DNA of 64,000 nucleotides from Rhodococcus sp. (in: high G+C Gram-positive bacteria) (GCF_049299235.1 NZ_JBAQXC010000319.1:2358-66357); one strand, 5' to 3'. Counted from the first letter of the stretch, positions 34,797 through 43,041 are shown. Program-made: numbers and translations. The notes: generated by a model from the sequence alone, not told the origin.

Positions 34797-36308
34797 ATGA
34801 CCGTCCAGTTCCGGGCAGGGCAGAATGCTCCGCTCGCAGCGCCGTCTGTCCGGTTCACGGCGACCGCGTCGGTACCGGTGGATCTGTGCGCGCTGGTCGT
34901 CGACTCGGGACTGAGAGTGACATCGTCTCAGGACGTCGTGTTCTACAACCAGAAACACACTGCCGGTGTCCGACTCGACGGCGATGCGCTCGTCGTCGAG
35001 CCGGCCCGGCTGCGGCCGGACGCGGAGAAGGTGCTGTGCGTGCTCGGAGCCGACCGGGCGACCTCGGCCGAGACCACACTCACCGATGCGGCGGGAATGC
35101 CGTTGGCGACGTTCCGCATCGAACCGGTCGCGGGTGAGACGGCGCTGCTGTGCTGGGAGATCTACCGGCGCGGCGGTGATTGGAAGATCCGGGCACTGGG
35201 GCAAGGCTATTCGGGTGGTCTGGCCGAGTTGTTCACCGTGCACGGTGTCGATGTGGATGATCCCGAGCCGGCACCGCAGGTGCAGCAGTCGCCGGAACAC
35301 GAGGCGCTGCCGATCGAATCCGACGTGTCGTGTGCCCGCATGTGGCAAATTTTCGAGGACGCATCCCGATCAACCGCCGCGTTCGTCTCGGCCCACGAGT
35401 ATGCGCAACACCGCTTGGACATGGAATTGTCTGCGGCCGTGGCCGATCCGTCTTCCCGCACCGGTAGCGGTGCCGACCAGGCCCGCGCCTTGGCACATCG
35501 GCGCTGCGACGAACTCGTCGCTGCGGCGCAGTCCCGGTACGATGCCGACTCCGCGCTCTTGACCACCGAACTCGGTGCGCTCGACGGGTCGTTGCCTGCG
35601 GCACTCGCACCGTGGAATGCCCCCACGTGGAACCAGCACGGCGGCGTATCCGACGGAGTCAGGCTCGGCGAGCTCACCGCACCGGACCGGGGGCCGCTGC
35701 GGGTGCCGTTCTGCGTGCCACTGCCCCTGAGCCGGCCGTTGTGGGTGAACGGTGACGCCGATGTTGCCGCGCCGGTGGCGTCGGCGCTCGCGTTGAGACT
35801 GCTCGCATCCCGACCCGGGTCGCTGCTCGATGTCGTCGACCCGGCGGGTGCGCTGAGACAACTGTGCGAACTCGCCGCTCCGGTTCTCGCGGGTCCACCC
35901 GTCCTCGATGTGTCCGGTGTCGCCGCGAAGTTGAAGGGACTTGCCGAAGCGGCGGAACTGGATTCGCTGGCGGTGTCGGCGGGTGTCGATGCGCACCGGC
36001 ACGAACCTCGCGTGTTGATCATCTCCGGGATACCGCACGGATACGGTAGCGACGATCTGATGCACCTCGTCCGGATCGTGCAACTCGCGTCCGCCCAGAG
36101 CATGTCGGTGGTCATCACGGGTATGGACGATCCGCACGTCGACAGCCCGGCATATCGTATCCTCGCCGACGCATCCCAGCACATCCCCGCGGACAAGGGC
36201 CAGTTCGCCGATCCGTGGACTCGAACGGAATGGCAGTTCGTCCCGGACTCCGGGCCATCCGACCCGGAACGGATCCGGGCGGTGGTGCGGTCGATGGAGC
36301 GCCGCTGA
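34797..36308 (+). CDS. TerD-like domain fused to ~350-aa uncharacterised C-terminal region
   Basis: 503 aa. The N-terminal 150 aa is TerD-like (..CWEIYRRGGDWKIRALGQGYSGG..) without the Ca motif. The remainder matches no family I recognise. The gene starts 3 nt after the upstream stop. Confidence 0.85.
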   Translation: MTVQFRAGQNAPLAAPSVRFTATASVPVDLCALVVDSGLRVTSSQDVVFYNQKHTAGVRLDGDALVVEPARLRPDAEKVLCVLGADRATSAETTLTDAAGMPLATFRIEPVAGETALLCWEIYRRGGDWKIRALGQGYSGGLAELFTVHGVDVDDPEPAPQVQQSPEHEALPIESDVSCARMWQIFEDASRSTAAFVSAHEYAQHRLDMELSAAVADPSSRTGSGADQARALAHRRCDELVAAAQSRYDADSALLTTELGALDGSLPAALAPWNAPTWNQHGGVSDGVRLGELTAPDRGPLRVPFCVPLPLSRPLWVNGDADVAAPVASALALRLLASRPGSLLDVVDPAGALRQLCELAAPVLAGPPVLDVSGVAAKLKGLAEAAELDSLAVSAGVDAHRHEPRVLIISGIPHGYGSDDLMHLVRIVQLASAQSMSVVITGMDDPHVDSPAYRILADASQHIPADKGQFADPWTRTEWQFVPDSGPSDPERIRAVVRSMERR

Positions 36309-36327
36309 CCGGTTCGGCCCGGTGCGA

Positions 36328-37068
36328 TCACATGAAGCGGCCGCCGGTGACCTCGAGGACGGCACCTGTCATGTAGGAAGACATGTCGGACGCCAAAAAC
36401 AGTGCCACGGAAGCGATCTCGTCGACCTCACCCGGCCGGCCCATCGGGATCTCGCTCATCTTCTGATCCCACGCCTTCTGTGGCATCGCCTCGGTCATCG
36501 CGGACCGGATCAGCCCCGGCTGGATCGCGTTGATGCGAACACCGTGATGCGCCATCTCCTTCGCAGCAGCCTTCGTCAAGCCCACGATGCCGGCTTTCGC
36601 GGCCGAATAGTTGGTCTGGCCGACCAAACCGACCTTGCCGGACAGCGACGAGATATTCACGATCGCACCGCGCTTGGCTTCACGCATGATCGCCGACGCC
36701 TTGCGGGTGCCGTTCCAGGTGCCCTTCAGGTGCACCGAGATCACCAGATCGAAATCCTCTTCGGTCATCGTCCGCATCGTCGCGTCGCGGGTGATACCGG
36801 CATTGTTGACGACGACGTCGAGCGCACCGAATCCATCGACCGCCTCGGCGAGCAACGTGTCCCAATCCGCGGATTCGACGACATTCGCCTTCACCGCACG
36901 CGCGACGTCACGACTGCCGAGTTTCTCGGCCGCAGCGGTCGCGGCGTCGAGGTCGAGGTCGCCGATGACGACCTTGGCGCCTTGCGCGACGAACGACCGG
37001 GCGATCGCGAAACCGATGCCCTGAGCGCCACCGGTGATCACGGCGGTACGGTTCTCCAGCAAAGACAT
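36328..37068 (-). CDS. fabG: SDR family 3-oxoacyl-ACP reductase (FabG-like)
   Basis: ATG 37068. [18 protein letters not shown] and the YSAAK catalytic motif. Confidence 0.85.
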   Translation of the reverse strand: MSLLENRTAVITGGAQGIGFAIARSFVAQGAKVVIGDLDLDAATAAAEKLGSRDVARAVKANVVESADWDTLLAEAVDGFGALDVVVNNAGITRDATMRTMTEEDFDLVISVHLKGTWNGTRKASAIMREAKRGAIVNISSLSGKVGLVGQTNYSAAKAGIVGLTKAAAKEMAHHGVRINAIQPGLIRSAMTEAMPQKAWDQKMSEIPMGRPGEVDEIASVALFLASDMSSYMTGAVLEVTGGRFM

Positions 37069-37268
37069 GCGAATCCTTTCGGCATGCGACCTTCCGGATT
37101 GTGCACAGGGAAGGCACACGAGCGGTGGGTGCGGGTGCTCCGCACGAGTTGACGACCCGAATATAGCGGCGGAACGACTCCGGCGGCCCCGCCGGCATCA
37201 TCAGCGTCTATGTGGATTTTTCTCATTCGTATTGGACACAACGAGCGCGACGATCGAGGCTGGAACCC

Positions 37269-38465
37269 ATGATCACTTCGTCGAGAGCCAACACACCCAC
37301 GCCGGCCACCGAGGTCGACGACGACGATTTCCGGAAGATCCTCGCCCAGACACGCGCGTTCGTGCGTACCGTGGTGGTCCCGCGCGAACAGGAGATCGCA
37401 GATGCCGATGCGATCCCGGACGACATCCGCGGCGCCGCCAAGGAGATGGGACTGTTCGGATACGCGATCCCCCAGGCGTGGGGCGGCCTCGGACTGAATC
37501 TGCAGCAGGACGTCGAACTGGCGATGGAACTCGGTTACACGACGCTGGCGTTGCGTTCGATGTTCGGCACGAACAACGGCATCGCCGGGCAGGTACTCGT
37601 CAACTTCGGAACCGATGAACAGAAGTCGCAGTGGCTCGAAGGAATCGCTGCCGGCGAGATCGTCGCATCGTTCGCGCTCACCGAGCCCGGGGCAGGTTCC
37701 AACCCGGCGGGCCTGCGCACCAGGGCGGTGCGCGACGGCGACGACTGGGTGATCAACGGCGAGAAACGCTTCATCACCAACGCTCCCCTGGCAGACCTGT
37801 TCGTCGTCTTCGCCCGCACCAGACCCGCGGACGAGAACGGCACCGGTATTGCGGTTTTTCTCGTACCCGCCGACACCGAGGGCGTGCACGTCGGCACCAA
37901 AGACGCGAAGATGGGCCAGGAAGGTGCCTGGACCGCGGATGTCGCATTCACCGATGTGCGGGCGTCCGCCGCTGCCCTGGTCGGAGGCAGCGAGGACGTC
38001 GGATACACAGCGGCGATGGTGTCGCTCGCGCGTGGTCGCGTGCACATCGCCGCGCTGGCGGTCGGTCAGGCCCAGCGCGCGCTCGACGAGTCGGTCTCCT
38101 ACGCGGCCACCGCCACCCAGGGCGGCGACCCGATCGGTAACTTCCAGCTGGTACAGGCGATGATCGCCGATCAGCAGACCGGCGTGATGGCCGGTCGCGC
38201 GCTCGTGCGCGATGCGGCGAAGGCGTGGGTGGAGGAAACCGATCGTCGTATCGCGCCGTCGGCCGCGAAGCTGTTCTGCACCGAAATGGTGGGCAAGGTC
38301 GCCGACCTCGCGGTGCAGATCCACGGCGGTCCCGGCTACATGCGCGGCGTTCCGGTCGAGCGCATCTACCGTGACGTCCGCCTGCTGCGCCTGTACGAGG
38401 GCACCAGCGAGATCCAGCGTCTGATCATCGGCGGCGGACTCGTCAAGCAGGCTCAGCGCGGCTGA
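37269..38465 (+). CDS. acyl-CoA dehydrogenase
   Basis: ATG 37269. ..ASFALTEPGAGSNPAG.., DGDDWVINGEKRFITNA, C-terminal YEGTSEIQRLIIG. Confidence 0.9.
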   Translation: MITSSRANTPTPATEVDDDDFRKILAQTRAFVRTVVVPREQEIADADAIPDDIRGAAKEMGLFGYAIPQAWGGLGLNLQQDVELAMELGYTTLALRSMFGTNNGIAGQVLVNFGTDEQKSQWLEGIAAGEIVASFALTEPGAGSNPAGLRTRAVRDGDDWVINGEKRFITNAPLADLFVVFARTRPADENGTGIAVFLVPADTEGVHVGTKDAKMGQEGAWTADVAFTDVRASAAALVGGSEDVGYTAAMVSLARGRVHIAALAVGQAQRALDESVSYAATATQGGDPIGNFQLVQAMIADQQTGVMAGRALVRDAAKAWVEETDRRIAPSAAKLFCTEMVGKVADLAVQIHGGPGYMRGVPVERIYRDVRLLRLYEGTSEIQRLIIGGGLVKQAQRG

Positions 38466-38493
38466 ATTCTGCTCTGCCAGAACGACTGCACTA

Positions 38494-38527
38494 CCCGGAG
38501 TCTTCCATCCGAACGGAAGACACCGGG
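38494..38527. terminator. hairpin between convergent genes
   Basis: CCCGGAGTCTTCC-atccgaac-GGAAGACACCGGG (13-bp stem with one mismatch). Confidence 0.4.
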
Positions 38528-38552
38528 CGGTGTCGCGGCGTGCGCGGGACGG

Positions 38553-39377
38553 TCAGGCGGCCGTCTTGCGGGCGACGACCTCGATCGCGACGAGGTGGTC
38601 GCGGTACTTGGTGAACACCGATCGCATCTGCAGCACACGGGCGCGGGCATCCGAGTCGCGCAGCACGTTCGAGACGAATTTCAGTGTGCCGAGCACACCT
38701 TCGTCCGCGAGGATGCGCGTCGGGTCCAGAAGTTTCATCGGGGCGAAACCGACTGTGTCGACCTCGAATCCGGCTGCGACGAACAGATCCTTCCATTCCT
38801 GCGCGGTCAACGGACGCGCGTTGACCTTGATGGAGCGGGCGAGCGCCTGACGGATCTCGGTCTTGACCTCGTCGGCAACGTTGTCCGGTTCGATCGCGAG
38901 TTCGTGGATGACGTAGCGGCCACCCTGACGCAGGACACGGTGGGCCTCGGCGGCAATCTCCGCCTTGTGCTTGTCGGTCTGCATCGTCAGCATCGCCTCA
39001 CCGATCACGACGTCGACCGATGCGTCGTCGAGGCCGGTTTTCGCGGCGTCACCGGACACGACGATCCCGTTTCCGTCGATCGCGCGGCGGGTCAGATCCG
39101 CGGCGCTCGGATCGGATTCGACGCCTGTGTAGCTGCGGGGGCCTGCGGCGACGATCTCCTGCGCGGTACGGCCGAGACCGGGAGCGAGTTCGACGACGTC
39201 GGCGCCGGCGATCTTCGCGTCGGCGAGCATCCGCTCGGTGAGTTCCCTGCCGCCGGGCCGCAGCACCCGCTTGCCCAGTCGCGCGAGCAGCCAGTGCCCC
39301 GGCACATGCGCGGCATCACGCTCGGCGAGCGGAAGCTCGCCCGATCCGGATCCTGCGGTGCTCGTGTCGTCACTCAT
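38553..39377 (-). CDS. class I SAM-dependent methyltransferase
   Basis: 274 aa. SAM motif I VVELAPGLGRTA, DVVIGEAML, post-I/II motifs RVLRQGGRYVIHE. Confidence 0.85.
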   Translation of the reverse strand: MSDDTSTAGSGSGELPLAERDAAHVPGHWLLARLGKRVLRPGGRELTERMLADAKIAGADVVELAPGLGRTAQEIVAAGPRSYTGVESDPSAADLTRRAIDGNGIVVSGDAAKTGLDDASVDVVIGEAMLTMQTDKHKAEIAAEAHRVLRQGGRYVIHELAIEPDNVADEVKTEIRQALARSIKVNARPLTAQEWKDLFVAAGFEVDTVGFAPMKLLDPTRILADEGVLGTLKFVSNVLRDSDARARVLQMRSVFTKYRDHLVAIEVVARKTAA

Positions 39378-39387
39378 TTCGCCTCAC

Positions 39388-39406
39388 TAAGGTTAGGCTC
39401 ACTTTA
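39388..39406. promoter_or_regulatory. IdeR-type iron-box-like site
   Basis: TAAGGTTAGGCTCACTTTA matches the degenerate mycobacterial consensus TWAGGTWAGSCTWACCTWA at 17 of 19 positions. It lies 11 nt upstream of the methyltransferase ATG and about 180 nt upstream of the AIM24 operon. Confidence 0.45.
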
Positions 39407-39440
39407 GTCGAGAAGTGTACGGCAAGCGCCCCCGCGATCC

Positions 39441-39491
39441 GAGCGAATGTATCGCCCGTCTCATCCAATCGACCGGGCGATACATTCGCTC
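39441..39491. repeat. palindromic intergenic element, copy 2 (perfect 18-bp arms)
   Basis: GAGCGAATGTATCGCCCG-15 nt-CGGGCGATACATTCGCTC. The left arm is identical to 22641-22658. Confidence 0.85.
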
Positions 39492-39583
39492 GAACCACCG
39501 GGGCGGGTGGCGGGGTGACCGGACAGGGCGAGTGGCGGATCCGACCGGGCGGATGCGGCCGACACCCGCTATCGTTTCGCGCC

Positions 39584-40204
39584 ATGCGACTGCTCGAGAA
39601 ATCGAAACGGGTCATCGAGGCTCAGTTGAGCAATACGAGCATCCGGGCACTGTCGGGATCGATGGTTGCCTACGAGGGACAGGTGAGCTTCAAGTCGGCC
39701 GGGTTCGGTGGAGGCGAGGGTGTGCTCGCGGGTCTTCGACAGCGGGCGACCGGCGAGGGCCTGTCTTTGATGGAGGCCGGCGGCACCGGCGTCGTCTACC
39801 TCGCGCACCGGGGCCGGAACGTGACCGTACTGGAACTGAACAACGAGACGCTGCAGGTCGAATCCGAGCAGTTGCTGGCTCTCAACGGAAACCTCACCAC
39901 CAACGTCACCTTCGCCGGGGTTCGAGGCGGCATGAGCGGCCAGGGCTTGTTCACCACGACGGTGACGGGCAGCGGTCAGGTCGCACTGCTGTCTTCCGGC
40001 GGGCCGCTGATCCACCTGGAGGTCTCACCCCAGTACCCCCTGGTCGTCGACCCGGACGCCTTCGTCTGCGCGAAGGGGCAGCTGACGCAGTCGTTCGTCA
40101 CCGACGTCTCGTGGCGGTCCGCCATCGGCCAAGGCAGCGGCGAGGCGTTCTCACTGAAGTGGGACGGCATGGGTGTCGTGTCCATCCAGCCCGCGGAACG
40201 GTAG
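39584..40204 (+). CDS. AIM24 (DUF124/TIGR00266-like) family protein 1
   Basis: ATG 39584, 206 aa. The pattern ..GSMVAYEGQV.., LLALNGNL.., GQGLFTTTVTGSGQVALLSSG, VDPDAFV, GEAFSLKWDGMGVVSIQ is typical of AIM24. Confidence 0.8.
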   Translation: MRLLEKSKRVIEAQLSNTSIRALSGSMVAYEGQVSFKSAGFGGGEGVLAGLRQRATGEGLSLMEAGGTGVVYLAHRGRNVTVLELNNETLQVESEQLLALNGNLTTNVTFAGVRGGMSGQGLFTTTVTGSGQVALLSSGGPLIHLEVSPQYPLVVDPDAFVCAKGQLTQSFVTDVSWRSAIGQGSGEAFSLKWDGMGVVSIQPAER

Positions 40205-40210
40205 GACACC

Positions 40211-40903
40211 ATGTCGTTCACCAAGGTCAACAACAAGGTCGTTCGCGTAGACCTGAACCAGTCCGGTCCGATCGTCGCCCGCCGCGGAGCAATGCTCTTC
40301 TACACGGGTGCAGTACATTTCGCTCCTCACAACTCTCCCGGTGGCGGTATGGCAGGCGGAATCGCATCGATGGCCGGTCGCATGATGCAGGGCGAGCACG
40401 AAGCCACGATGGTCGCGCAAGGAAACGGCGTGGTGCACTACGGGTTCCGCGGGCTCGAAACGCACATCGTCGACATGTCCGCCGGCGGGGAACTGCGGGC
40501 CGAGGCGTCGCGGTTGCTCGCACACACGTCGGGCCTGCAGAGCGCGATCGTGCAGACCTCGGCCGCACCTGCTGCCGCGGGTGGTGGTGGCGGCCTGTTC
40601 GGCGCGTTGCGCGGTGCTGCCACCGGAATGGTCACGGGTACAGGGATGTTCACCACCCAGTTGGCCGGGTACGGGGCCGCTGTCCTTCTCGCGCACGGCG
40701 GGGTCATCGAACTCCAGGTCGGCGGACCTGCACCGGTGTTCGTCGATCCGCAGGCGTTCGTCGCAGCGCTCGGCCCGGTACGAACCGAGTTGAAGTCGGC
40801 GATGAGCTGGCGCAACGCCGGTCGCTCCGGCGGCGAAAGCATGCAACTCGAGTGCACCGGGCAGGGCATCGTCTACGTGCAGGCATCGGAGGAGAAGCTG
40901 TGA
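40211..40903 (+). CDS. AIM24 family protein 2
   Basis: 230 aa. ..RRGAMLFYTG.., GMFTTQLAGYGAAVLLAHG, VDPQAFVA, ESMQLECTGQGIVYVQ. Contains a Gly/Ala-rich insert. Confidence 0.8.
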   Translation: MSFTKVNNKVVRVDLNQSGPIVARRGAMLFYTGAVHFAPHNSPGGGMAGGIASMAGRMMQGEHEATMVAQGNGVVHYGFRGLETHIVDMSAGGELRAEASRLLAHTSGLQSAIVQTSAAPAAAGGGGGLFGALRGAATGMVTGTGMFTTQLAGYGAAVLLAHGGVIELQVGGPAPVFVDPQAFVAALGPVRTELKSAMSWRNAGRSGGESMQLECTGQGIVYVQASEEKL

Positions 40904-41658
40904 GCGTGGTTCTGAATCCGACGCACCTGGTCGGCAACGACAACGTCCCCGGCAACAGCTACGCCTACTGCATCGACCTGCAGGGTCCGTGGTTCCTGTC
41001 GAAGGGCGCGATGATCGCCTACTACGGACAGATCCAGTTCACCGCGCTCACCCACGGCCTGCAGGGTCAGCTTCTGCACATGGTCGCCCGGCAGTTCTCG
41101 GCGCCGTTGCACTTGGGCGACTATGTGGTCGCGGAGGGCTACGGGAAGCTGATCCTCGGCGACCGCGGCTACGACATCAACTCCTACGACCTCGACGACG
41201 GCAACCTGACCATCAGAGCCGCCAACCTCCTGGCGTTCGAGCCGGGACTGTCGCTGAACCAGTCGATCGTGCCGGGCTTCCTCACCTTGATCGGTACCGG
41301 AAAGTTCCTGGCGTCGTCGAACGGCCCGGTGATCTTCGCGGAACCACCGCTGCGGGTGGATCCGGAGGCGCTGGTGGGCTGGGCCGACTGCCCGTCCCCA
41401 AGTCACCACTTCGACGCGTCCTGGGTCACCGGGTATGTCGCGGCGGGTGCACGCATGTTCGGCGTGCAATCCGGCGAGGAACGGCAGTTCGACTTCACCG
41501 GGGCGGGAACGGTGCTGATCCAGTCGAGCGAGAAGATCATCGACGACAGTTCCGTGGTCCGGATGATCGAAGGGCAGTTGCCGGGGCTCACCGGCAGTGG
41601 CCTCCAGCGCATCAATCATGCCGTGTCGTCGCAACTGCAACAGCAACAACAGGTCTGA
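40900..41658 (+). CDS. AIM24 family protein 3
   Basis: GTG 40900 overlaps the upstream TGA, 252 aa. ..KGAMIAYYGQ.., GFLTLIGTGKFLASSNG, VDPEALVGW, FDFTGAGTVLIQ. Only the last third of ORF 39415..41658 is real. Confidence 0.8.
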   Translation: MSVVLNPTHLVGNDNVPGNSYAYCIDLQGPWFLSKGAMIAYYGQIQFTALTHGLQGQLLHMVARQFSAPLHLGDYVVAEGYGKLILGDRGYDINSYDLDDGNLTIRAANLLAFEPGLSLNQSIVPGFLTLIGTGKFLASSNGPVIFAEPPLRVDPEALVGWADCPSPSHHFDASWVTGYVAAGARMFGVQSGEERQFDFTGAGTVLIQSSEKIIDDSSVVRMIEGQLPGLTGSGLQRINHAVSSQLQQQQQV

Positions 41659-41725
41659 GCAGGTCGAGCACGGCGGCACCGTTGCGATGTGATGACGATC
41701 ACAGGATAGCCAGTCCTAAGTACGC

Positions 41726-41744
41726 TAAGGTTTGGACAACCTAA
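41726..41744. promoter_or_regulatory. IdeR-type iron-box-like site upstream of bfd-bfr
   Basis: TAAGGTTTGGACAACCTAA matches TWAGGTWAGSCTWACCTWA at 16 of 19 positions, 28 nt upstream of the bfd ATG. Confidence 0.5.
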
Positions 41745-41771
41745 GAAGTTCGCTCCAGATTGGTCGTCCGC

Positions 41772-41966
41772 ATGTACGTCTGCAGCTGCCACGCTCTCAC
41801 CCACAATCACATCGAGGCTGAGATCGCTGCTGGCGCTCGCTGCACCCGCGACATCAGCGCGGCGTGCCGGGCCGGAACCGACTGCGGCGGGTGCGTACGC
41901 AATATCTCCGCGATCCTGCGAGCTTCACGCCAGAGTGAGACGATCGAACTCGAGACCGCCGTGTAG
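41772..41966 (+). CDS. bfd: bacterioferritin-associated ferredoxin, (2Fe-2S)-binding
   Basis: MYVCSCHALT... plus the second Cys pair CRAGTDCGGC. 64 aa. Confidence 0.85.
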   Translation: MYVCSCHALTHNHIEAEIAAGARCTRDISAACRAGTDCGGCVRNISAILRASRQSETIELETAV

Positions 41967-42014
41967 CCAGCCCCTACCCGGCGGTGAACTCGATGGTTCA
42001 CCCTGGGAGGTGCC

Positions 42015-42491
42015 ATGAAGGGCGACAAGAAGGTCCTGGAGTTCCTCAACGAGCAGTTGACGGCCGAACTCACCGCAATCAATCAGTATTTCCTGCACTC
42101 GAAAATGCAGGACAATCTCGGCTGGGCGAAACTCGCCGCACACACCCGCGCCGAATCGTTCGAAGAAATGCGTCACGCCGAGACGCTGACCGACCGCATC
42201 CTGTTCCTCGACGGTCTCCCCAACTACCAGCGGCTCGGTTCGATCCGTATCGGCCAGTCCGCGAAGGAGATGTTCGAGGCGGATATGCAGGTCGAGATCG
42301 AGGCCCGCGACCGTCTGCGGAAGGGATCGGAGTACATGCGATCGGTCAGCGACATCACCTCGGCGAACATCTTCGAAGCCATCCTCGCGGAGGAGGAAGA
42401 ACACATCGACTATCTGGAAACGCAACTCGGGTTGCTCGAACAGTTGGGTGAGCCTTTGTACATCGCCCAACACGTCTCCCCGCCGGAGTAG
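42015..42491 (+). CDS. bfr: bacterioferritin
   Basis: MKGDKKVLEFLNEQLTAELTAINQYFLHSKM.., EEMRHAE, EEEHIDYLETQL. Confidence 0.95.
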   Translation: MKGDKKVLEFLNEQLTAELTAINQYFLHSKMQDNLGWAKLAAHTRAESFEEMRHAETLTDRILFLDGLPNYQRLGSIRIGQSAKEMFEADMQVEIEARDRLRKGSEYMRSVSDITSANIFEAILAEEEEHIDYLETQLGLLEQLGEPLYIAQHVSPPE

Positions 42492-42574
42492 CCGGCCGAG
42501 GAGACCGACCGGAGAGACCAACCGGGGGCCGCCACAATCGTTGACCGAGCAACGACACCGCGTATCCTGACCGC

Positions 42575-43036
42575 ATGGATTCACCACGGTGGCTCGACGA
42601 CACCGAGCAGCATGCCTGGCGCGCGTATCTCGACGCCACCCGTCTGCTCATGGCGGCCCTCGACCGGCAACTCAGCCGTGATTCGGACATCTCGCTCACC
42701 GACTTCGAGTTGCTCGTCGCGCTGTCCGAAGCCCCCGGCCACCGCATGCGCATGAGCGCTCTCGCCGACGTCGTCGTCACGACGCGCAGCGGTGCAACGC
42801 GTGCGATCGCTCGCCTCGTCGCGGCAGGCTGGGTCCGCCGGGTCGAATGCCCCGAGGACAAGCGCGGCACACTCGCCGAATTGACCGAGGACGGCAACAC
42901 CAAGCTCGCCGAGGCCAGCCCCGGGCACGTCGCCGCGGTCCGTTCGAGTATGTTCGACCTGCTCAGCGAGGAAGACGTCGCGCGGTTCGGCGAATCCTTC
43001 ACCGCGATGCGAACGCATCTACTCGGAAACGGCTAG
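42575..43036 (+). CDS. MarR family transcriptional regulator
   Basis: 153 aa. ..LTDFELLVALSEAPGHRMRMSALADVVVTTRSGATRAIARLVAAGWVRRVECPEDKRGTLAELTEDG. Confidence 0.9.
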   Translation: MDSPRWLDDTEQHAWRAYLDATRLLMAALDRQLSRDSDISLTDFELLVALSEAPGHRMRMSALADVVVTTRSGATRAIARLVAAGWVRRVECPEDKRGTLAELTEDGNTKLAEASPGHVAAVRSSMFDLLSEEDVARFGESFTAMRTHLLGNG

Positions 43037-43041
43037 AGGAC

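Noticed and set aside
33309-35348. 679-aa ORF on the minus strand, opposite the TerD-domain genes
   Set aside because: It is fully antisense to two well-supported genes. The translation is Arg/Gly/Leu-rich and simply mirrors the P/Q repeat as LGLGLT runs. This is a typical high-GC shadow ORF.
39415-40899. N-terminal 495 codons of ORF 39415..41658
   Set aside because: This stretch is out of frame with AIM24 genes 1 and 2 and has an Arg-rich nonsense composition. Only the segment from GTG 40900 is protein-like. The same reasoning trims the 5' parts of ORFs 10960.., 29587.., 31272.., 31364.., 55707.. and 56954...
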